Positions 54,945 through 64,000 of a stretch of 64,000 nucleotides of DNA are shown piece after piece. The notes under the pieces were generated by a model, which saw only the letters and a program-made list of their open reading frames with translations, made no database searches and was not told where the DNA came from. The stretch comes from Octopus bimaculoides. Taxonomy: Eukaryota. How positions within the stretch are numbered: the stretch's first letter is position 1; every line of letters begins with the position of its first letter. The stretch lies in the NCBI RefSeq assembly GCF_001194135.2, contig NC_068992.1, forward strand, positions 522,099 to 586,098, read 5' to 3'. Both the position numbers and the translations under genes were made by a program.

Positions 54945-55815
54945 TCTGTCACTGCCAAGATAAGTGAAGAGGTCAACCACTTCAACATTCTCACCCCCAA
55001 CAAAAACAGACGAGGTGGCATCCTCCAAGAGGCCATCGAAAGATTGGATGTTTGTCTTGACCCAAGAGACACCGAGGGCAAGCTGTTCCTCGCTCATGGA
55101 AAGGAGAGTGCTCCACAATGCACCTAGATACTCAGGAAAAATAATCACGTCATCAGCAGAATATAGATCTGTAATCCTAGTTCCACCAATGAGGGCATCA
55201 CAACTTGATCGAGTCACCACTCGGCCAAATATCCGATTCCTGTAGGCAGTGAACAGAGTTGGATCCAATACACAACCCTCACGGACCCCAATACCTTACA
55301 GGTCATTCCCCTCTTACAGATCATTCCCACCTTGCAAATCATTCCCACCTTGCAAATCATTCCCACCTTACAGATCATTCCTACCTTACAGATCACTCCC
55401 ACCTTGCAGATCATTCCCACCTTACAGGTCATTCCCACCTTGCAGATCATTCCCACCTTACAAATCATTCCCCTCTTACCGATCATTCCCACCTTACAGA
55501 TCGTTCCCTTCCCTCCTTACAGATCAATCCCACCTTGCAGATCATTCCCACCTTACAGATCATTCCCACCTTGCAAATCATTCCCACCTTGCAGATCATT
55601 CCCACCTTACAGATCATTCCCACCTTACAGATCATTCCCACCTTGCAAATCATTCCCACCTTGAAGATCATTCCCACCTTACAGATCATTCCCACCTTGC
55701 AAATCATTCCCACCTTGAAGATCGTTCTCTCCTTACAGATCATTCCCATCATACAGATCATGAGCTTCAGGTTTCCTGCAGCATGAGCCATCATCAGCCC
55801 GATCAACTTAGGACT
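54945..55815 (-). mobile_element. RTE-clade LINE reverse transcriptase fragment interrupted by a minisatellite
   Basis: GVREGCVLDPTLF..RITDLYSADDVIIF..LGVSWVKTNIQSF..ENVEVVDLFTYLGS (54945-55290); PKLIGLM upstream of the array (~55790-55815). Confidence 0.85.
55293..55760. repeat. 18-bp minisatellite (ATCATTCCCACCTT[A/G]CA[G/A]), ~26 units
   Basis: Direct reading; one irregular unit near 55500-55525. Confidence 0.95.
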
Positions 55816-57617
55816 AACATTTTTAACGTATTTTAGAAGCTTATGTTCAGAATAGCAATTACTGCCGTCAGCAATGCAGTAACTACATTTCAGATGTTAC
55901 ATTAGACTTAAGCATAAATAACCATTCCCTCTATACAAAACACAAATCTATATGTATATTGATAAGTCTGGCAATGAATAACATTAGCCGACGCATTTCG
56001 TCAGACGAAGACATTTTCAACACAAAATCATACTACTAGTGCCACCTTATGGAGAGAGTCTTTTACATGAAAAGACGGGATATAATATGGTCTCGTAAAA
56101 CAACATAAACCCTTAAAAACCGAGCAAGTGTAACATCTTTTGCTTTAATACTTCTCGTGGCCTAAGTTTGGCCTCCGAAACTGTCAAAACTTTCTTAAGC
56201 GTAATTAACGCATAGTTCGTAAAACATCTCTGGGATGCCTTTATAAACAGCGAAAGCGTTTATGCCTTACGAACGTTTCTTTCAAAAGATTTGTGCTATT
56301 CTGTTTTATCTTCAAGATTCATTTTCAAATAAGGTTTTTTTTTAGATTTAAGACAATCTTTCTTCAAATATTGTGATTGTACCAAACATTCCTAAAAACA
56401 CGCAGTACGTCTGAAAAATACACACAAACACACACACACTCGCACACGCACGAAAACACACACAAGCACATACACATATGTACGCATGTATATGTATATA
56501 TACGTACATGTCCATACACATATATACATATACAAATATATCTATATACATATATATATATATATATATTGCGTGTGTGTGCTATGTGTGGTGGTATGCA
56601 TGTCTGTGCGTGTGTGTGTGTGTGGAGGGCGTTTGTGCCTGAGGATGTATACATTACCGTTCTAACCATTAAAAATGACAGGTTTTTGAGTGGTGAATAA
56701 ATTATGCCAACATAATACCCAAGAATATATGAATAGAAATATCTGTAGGAATGTGAGTACGTTTCAATGTGTTTAACTTGACAAGCATTTGCAACAAGTA
56801 TTAACACTTTCCTGTATCTTAGAAGAGACAAGGAAGCATTAGGTGTGCTCTTGCCTTTTGTATATTCTCTACCTCCCTGTTCACCAATAATAGCAAAGGT
56901 TATTATAATTTTCGATTTCTCCTCTCTCTTTCCTCCTTTTCTTTTGATGTAACATTCTCCCTCTCTCTTATACCAGAAATCCCACTACTCACTTGCTCGC
57001 CAAGCGCAGCAGGCCTTCTTTGCTTTCTCTTGCACTATACGTCATAATATATTGAATCTGCTAAGCGTGACATTTCCAGAACGTGCGTGTATCAGTGTAT
57101 AAATATTACCTCTAAATTTAATCCATGTTTTAATTCTTTCAGTTTCCTCTTTTCTACTCATTATTTCACACACCTTTCAGCTAGGATTCCTGAACCGTGA
57201 TAGAATATCACAAAAGAAATACGTGACTTGGCGTTTTGTATATAGAGAACTATCCATTTATCTATGTTCGAGGCCTCCCTCTGTCCGTACTTAAAGTTTC
57301 TTACTTTCATTTTCTACGCTGTGAAAAAGCAGAAGTCTGAAATAGCAACGGAAAGAAGACTCGGTATCGTAAGGACGGGGGACGCTTAAGCTGAGAACAA
57401 ATTGCTCAACTCATCAACATGAGTAATTTTTCGCCTTTTTATAAATTCAAAAGTATATAGATATCAGAAACAGTCATGGGTTTGCAGTTAGATGTTCGTT
57501 TCGAAAGCACATGATTCTAGGATCGCTTTTACTAGGCAGCATTCGCAGCCAGTGTTTCCAGCAATCGCTTTAGAGAGCAGAGAACAAAGAAATATGCAGA
57601 AGCTTTTTGAATATATG

Positions 57618-57690
<73 letters not shown>

Positions 57691-59545
57691 TAAAATGTCA
57701 CAAAGAAAGAATGATACCTCGATATTAGAAAAATAGAGGGTTATTCATATATTAATAGCCGACGAGAATGTATCGTAGCTCTTCGCTTCGGCATTCGAAA
57801 CTCTGAGTACTATAATGACAACCTTTTACTGTTTATTCTAATTTATAACACACACACACACATTGTTTTATTCGTTTCAACCATGCATCTGCGGTCATGA
57901 TGAAGCACAATGTTCTAGGAATGTTCAGAGAATCAAACGGGACTCATGGTTAGCATTCCAGCTTATTAGGTTACAAGGTAATTTAATTTATCGTGCAATT
58001 CAAAGTGACTACTCACAAAAAAAAAAAAAATCCTGGAAGCACTAGAAATAATATTTCTACCGTAGTCTGCACAGCAACAATAATAATAATAATAATAATA
58101 TTAATAATAATAATAATGAAAATTCAGTTGAAGTGAGAGAGAAAATGATAATAAAATCTGTATGGTTACAGCTGTTTCATAACTCACTTTTTGGTTACCT
58201 CATCGATGACGTAATTGAAGAGAAATTATAAAACGGATGTCACCAAAGAGATTTAAATATTATTTTGTTTCTTACTTTTGGATTTTAATGAGTACACACA
58301 CACACAAACACATTCTACAATTTGAGATAGAAAAAAATTATCGTACCACCTGAAATGTGCATTAATGTCGATTTGGTCAATCTAACTATTTCAAAGCAGT
58401 GCTTCAGCGAAAACTAAAAATATGAGACAAATTGATAATTATACACAGCTTTAAAATTTTTGACTCTTTGCGTATGTTAATTAATATAGTTAATTCTACA
58501 TTTACATACTGTATAATTTTCATATTTACAAGCTTCAAAATGATTTTGTCTTTCCAAATATTAATAATATCTTCAGTTTTGAAATTCTAATTTCTGTCCT
58601 TCTTTTCATCTCTTCATTTACAAAGGAAAGGTTATGTTTTAACTTTAAAATGTGTAAAATATATGTGATATTATTTCAGTTAATTTTTTTTTTGTGATGA
58701 ATTTTCTTTTTAATTGCGTTACTGCTGCTTTTAAATAAATCACCACAATCGTAAAATCTAAATTCTCTGAATCATAAATGTCATTTTGTGCATACATTAC
58801 ACGTGAATATCTTGAATTACAAATATAGCTAAGAGAAAGTTAACATCTTAAGCCATCCATAAATCGTGTAAGATGTTAACCGTTCGTAGAATCGCAATCT
58901 ATAAATAGTTTAAAATGTAAACAAAACAACAATAAACGTGTCTGGTTTTGGAGATATATATGCATGAGGTGTTCTGAATCGTGTCAGGGAGGGCGTTTGA
59001 AGAAGGAAAGTAATCAGGTAAGGGCAAACAGAATATGGATGCAACACTACATCAACTCACCTGCTATTGTATCTCCTTAGCCGTAACTACTTGGAAAAGC
59101 ATAAGATGGCTCTGTTCCTTCAACCAATTATTTTTGAACCCTAATTGATAGCCACATTTTAAGACATTTGAAAATGAAGAATATTCCCTATGAGAACTGT
59201 CATCTATCCATTAAATCACGTTCCAGGATGTATTCTAGCGCAAGAAAAATAGCTCTGGTAGCATGAGTATCACCGGAGGAGATAAATATTTTCAAGAAGG
59301 CACCGTTGATTATATTGTAAGTAAAGCAATCAATTTAAATTCACGTTTACATGTGTCTGTGTATTTGTATGTATATATACGCACAAACATTCACGCATAC
59401 AAGCACGCAAACACACACACATATACACACATACACATACACACACACTCGTCTGAACTGACACGTACAACGTTTCAGATATCTGGTAGCTGCATACCAG
59501 CTAAATCTCACTACCAACGATATGCGTGATCTGGCGATCTGGCAT

Positions 59546-59591
<46 letters not shown>

Positions 59592-60011
59592 CAAAGAATA
59601 TATATACATGTATACACACATATATGTACATACTTACATCTACATGTGTATATACATGCATATCAGGGTACAGGACGTTAGAACAATAAACTACAGACAA
59701 CGGAACGAACACATAGGAAAACGGAAAGCCCCTTGGAATATCCCTTCATCAGCTGTCTCTATTCTATCTANNNNNNNNNNNNNNNNNNNNNNNNNNNNNN
59801 NNNNNNNNNNNNNNNNNNNNNNNNNNNNNNNNNNNNNNNNNNNNNNNNNNNNNNNNNNNNNNNNNNNNNNNNNNNNNNNNNNNNNNNNNNNNNNNNNNNN
59901 NNNNNNNNNNNNNNNNNNNNNNNNNNNNNNNNNNNNNNNNNNNNNNNNNNNNNNNNNNNNNNNNNNNNNNNNNNTATATATATGTATATATATATATATA
60001 AATAAAATTAA

Positions 60012-60130
60012 AGGAGAAAAAACGAGCATGCTTGAAAATGCCGAGGCATTCAGATACTACCGGCAGCATCTGAATGCCTCGGTATTTTCAAGTATGTTGG
60101 AGATGGGCCGTTTTTTTCGCCCTTGCTCCC
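60012..60130. mobile_element. TTAA-flanked foldback element (Kolobok-like MITE candidate) with a 29-bp internal hairpin
   Basis: TTAA at 60008-60011 and 60131-60134; ends aggag / ctccc; arms 60027-60055 and 60068-60096. Confidence 0.55.
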
Positions 60131-60188
60131 TTAATATAATTATATACATACATACAGACAGACAGGCAGACATACATACATACATACA

Positions 60189-60219
<31 letters not shown>

Positions 60220-61910
60220 GTATACATATATAATTTAATGTATAAATTACATATAAATTTTTACTGCATGCTGTCTACCTGATAAAAAATCATTAACGGG
60301 AGTTTATCCTTATATTCTAGTATCAATATATATATATGAATGCATAGATGTGAGTATATTTACAGGCACACAATAGGCTCCAGGACATTTTAAATAAGTA
60401 TTCATCTTTATAGAAATGCATAGAAAGACACACACTAACAAACACGCACATATATGCATGCATGCACAAGAATATACATCATTGTTTTACATTAAGTGAT
60501 GTTGCAGCCACCCGCTCATTATCTTAATCAGCCGATTACTCGTATTGTCCACAGATGAGACCATGTGTACTGCAATTTAGTTCTCAATAAATGGCTTTGC
60601 TGAAGAGATAAAATATAATTCGATGCATAATCGTAGAAGACCACGAGTCGTCTGGTATAATACTGCTTCAGTCTATCTATAAAGGTCAACGCAGTTAGAA
60701 TTCAGTCTAATTTGCCTATCTTCTTTCCCAGGGCATCTTAGATATAACAAACTTATGAACAAATATTTTCTTAAGGTAATTCTGCATATAACAACTTTTC
60801 AGTTCGTATTAAAGTCACAAAAGTTACTGATAGCAACAATCAAATTCGGAACACTACACTTACTTCTGTGTTAACCAAGTCAGCTGTCTACATCAATGTG
60901 ACAAGCTGGTGCAATATGCAATTTAATGCAGTAAAGTTCACATAAGTGACAACTCTTCACCGAGGTCCTTCACAGGACTCACCGGTGGTAGTTTCAATAG
61001 ATGAATCTACCATCATAGTCAATCATTCGTCAAAATGCAAATACAATACCCAACAGCTTTATTAATATACATTTACGTAATCAGAGATATAGCTGAACAC
61101 CCACTCAGAATTATAGACTTGCATAGTGCACACAACCATATGCTCATCACTACGGTTCAAATCTCAGCAGGGATATTAAATTCTTTCTAATACATACAAA
61201 AATAGATTTTACCTCGCTATAAACAATTTTAACACTTAAAAATAGTTTTTACTTTTGGCTGCATAAAAAGAACACTGAATTCTTCAGACAGCTTTCTTAA
61301 TTTCGTTACATCTTCTGAAAAACTCTTGTCACTTACAGTTTCTCTGCACCCCACCCCAATTTACACCATACTACTATTTTCACTAGCAGATCAATGCTAT
61401 ATTAATGCCAGTTCCTTTTATTCTATTTAAATTCACTTCGCTTCACATTAGTTCGTTTTTAATTCATTTAGAATACATTTTACTTTATTTTACCTTCACC
61501 GTTTTCATTAGTTTTGTTACAAATCCAGCTTAAAATAAATTTTAATTTAATTAGCTACTTTTTTAAAATTGTGCATTTATATAATTTAAAAAAATCTTTT
61601 CTAATTTTGTATCTATATATCTATTCACATTTCTACTTGTATAAATTTATAATTCTTTTTATCACATATTCATAGAAGTATTTTTCTCACCAGATAAAGG
61701 AAAAATTTTTTCATCGTTATCAGCTTTAATATTCATCAGCTATTTCTCATCCAGACCAATTCTTTCTTTTATCACTTTTAAATAACTTACATAAATCTTC
61801 CTTATCTTTTATAAGCATTTTCAACCAGTTTTACATTCAACTGGATTTTAGGACAGTGAAAAGGAATATCTGTACATATGTATGTGTGAAGTACTGTACA
61901 CACACATGTG

Positions 61911-61941
<31 letters not shown>

Positions 61942-62654
61942 GTAAGTCAGTAAATAGTGATATATATATANNNNNNNNNNNNNNNNNNNNNNNNNNNNNN
62001 NNNNNNNNNNNNNNNNNNNNNNNNNNNNNNNNNNNNNNNNNNNNNNNNNNNNNNNNNNNNNNNNNNNNNNNNNNNNNNNNNNNNNNNNNNNNNNNNNNNN
62101 NNNNNNNNNNNNNNGTGTGTGTGTACTGATTATGTATGCATAGAAAAGAATCAGAGAGGTGAGTATAAAGAACATGATGTTATATGGGCAATTTTAAAAT
62201 TCATCTTACGATTCTTTTACATTTTTAAAATTGTTTTTATTTCAATAAAAAAAAACGTCGTTTTGATCTTAGGAACTCTAGCAACAAAAAGAAAACGTGA
62301 ATTTCACTTCAACTCTAAAATAAGAGGTATAAGGTCAGGGCTGTTCAACCAGCCTGCAATCACGCGCTACAATAGTCATCATACTTTGACGCAGAATCTC
62401 ATGGAATGAGCTGCACGTGCTTCGTGCACATTTTCTAACAGTCACTGTCGTACAAAGATCGGAACCGTGAAACTCGGAATAACGATTAATAATGCTTTCG
62501 GCTTTCTATAAATCTTATAAGATTCTACAACACATAATTGAATACTCTCTTTGTTTGTACCATAAGGCATATGTTTGCAGAAAGATACGTACATGCGTGC
62601 GCACGCACACACGCACATACACACAAACACACACACACACAAAGATACGCACAT

Positions 62655-62870
62655 ACACGTGACTGCCTGACAAGAAAATTGTTTCCGGTTTCAGTCCCAC
62701 TGCAGGACACCTAGGGCAAGTGTATTCTACTATTGACTCAAGTTGACCAAAGTCTGCTGTGCGGATTTGGTCGACGGAAACTGAAAGAAGCCCGTCGTAC
62801 ACACACACACAAACACACACAAACAAACACACAAACACACACACACACACACACACATGAGTTTGTGTTT
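62655..62870 (+). mobile_element. SINE type B, head and core only
   Basis: ttcagtcccactgc..cctagggcaagtg..gacggaaactgaaagaagcccgtcgt then (CA)n. Confidence 0.8.
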
Positions 62871-62875
62871 TTGTG

Positions 62876-63492
62876 TGTCTTTGGTTTGGGTTTAAAAGTT
62901 CAAAGAGGAGTAAACCATTCATATCCACCAAACATAATAACACCTTATGTGCGTGAAGACCTTCTTTAACCTGGGGTGTCAGTGTTTCTCCTTTCCCTAC
63001 CCAGTCTTCGGTGCTTGACATTTTTGTAGAGAACTAATTTCTCGTCACCAGTCACTATTCGGTCCAAAAATGGTTCATTCATGAGACGTGACAGCAAAGA
63101 AGAGAACACATTCACTTTCTGTACACGACTAGACCCGGGAAGTTTGTGAGGAACCCATTGACCCAATTTGCTGACTTTTCCGATGGCACGCAGGTGTCGA
63201 TGAATGGTTCAACAATAAAATCTAAGCTTCTCGGTTACTTCCTCAACGGTTACGGTGGGATTTTCTTCCACCAGGGTTTTCAGAACGTTCTCGTCGAGCT
63301 CTACAGGTCTTCCAGGACGAGGCTTGTTTTCTAGGCTATAGTTTTCGGCTCAGTATTTCTGGAACCACCGTTGACACTGGCTTACGCTTGTTGTCCGATC
63401 TCCATATACTGCACTAATATTCCTCGCATTTTCCGTTGCGTTGTTGCTTTTATTGAATTCATATGTCCAACATGGTCCTTTGTCACTGCCAT
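62876..63492 (-). mobile_element. Mariner transposase pseudogene, 5' ~200 codons
   Basis: YEFNKSNNATENARNISAVYG..QCQRWFQKY*..LENKPRPGRP..TIHRHLRAIG..GQWVPHKL..FLDRIVTGDEK..GLHAHKVLLC; stops, frameshifts, no C-terminal part of the DDD domain. Confidence 0.9.
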
Positions 63493-63496
63493 TATA

Positions 63497-63855
63497 ACTT
63501 TGAAAAAATCGACCTCAGGACTTATTCTTTGTAAGCCTAGTACTTATTCTATCGGTCTCTTTTGCCGGACCGTTGCGTTTCGGGGACGTAAACACACCGA
63601 TATTGGTTGTCAAGCAATGGCAGGTGGGGGGGGGGGACAAACACAGACACACAAATACATACATATGCATATATATGTATATATAGCTCGAAACGTTAAA
63701 GACTTCCCGTATTCCCGAGCATCATACTAATACATCCTTTTGTTGTTTACACCACCTGTCCTCGTCTGTTGTTTTTTTTTCGTAAATTCTCCCATATATA
63801 TATATATATGTACAACGGGCTCCTTTTCGTTTCCGTCTACTAAATCCATTCACTC
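63497..63855 (-). mobile_element. SINE type B copy (tail to core) with nested insertion
   Basis: cctagtacttattctatcggtctc..gacgtaaacacacc..ggttgtcaagc and acgggctcctttt.gtttccgtctac are reverse complements of the 13664 family. Confidence 0.85.
63686..63793 (+). mobile_element. Truncated second copy of the 49034-49227 element carrying the 3' half of the hammerhead
   Basis: gctcGAAACGTTaaag..ttcccgagc..actaatacatc..tttgttgtttacacc..gtc.tcgt..gtaaatt; flanked by (TA)n on both sides. Confidence 0.8.
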
Positions 63856-64000
63856 ACTCACTCACTCTCTCACTCTCTCACTCACTCACTCACTCACTCA
63901 CTCACTCTCTCTCTCACTCACTCACTCACTCACTCACTCTCTCACTCACTCTCTCACTCACTCACTCACTCACTCTCTCACTCTCTCACTCACTCACTCA
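63855..64000. repeat. (CTCA)n / (CT)n compound microsatellite
   Basis: Direct reading. Confidence 0.95.

Noticed and set aside
55249-55836. Long ORFs (IIPTLQ)n, (DHSHLT)n, or a CRISPR-like array
   Set aside because: All frames are open only because the 18-bp unit lacks stops; there are no unique spacers, so it is not CRISPR.
56215-56274. Nested hairpin with GAAA tetraloop
   Set aside because: Stems of 6-8 bp are within chance expectation for AT-rich DNA.
60880-61010. SWCNMQFNAVK, similar to a CR1/L2 RT motif
   Set aside because: One short motif only; too weak to call.

Overview
AT-rich eukaryotic DNA, very rich in microsatellites, with 11 N-gaps. The SINE types and repeat landscape suggest a coleoid cephalopod, most likely a short-read Octopus assembly (inference). 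No host protein-coding gene, tRNA, rRNA or CRISPR array can be supported; most listed ORFs are microsatellite or N-gap artefacts. The recognisable coding remnants are all transposable elements: an L1/Tx1-type RT, a Penelope GIY-YIG end, two R4/Dong-type pieces, a CR1-group RT, an RTE RT and a mariner transposase. Three tRNA-derived SINE types occur in many copies. The most interesting signal is a set of minimal hammerhead-ribozyme (HHR) motifs from at least three sequence families. One sits in a ~194-bp solo element with a 13-bp target-site duplication and has a second copy 14 kb away; another follows a tRNA-like head at a Penelope 3' end. Also notable: a perfect 38-bp palindrome centred on TTAA, a TTAA-flanked pre-miRNA-sized foldback, a MITE with 76-bp TIRs, an 18-bp minisatellite inside an RT, and a polypyrimidine-AG|GTAAGT site. 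All alignments and folds were done by eye.
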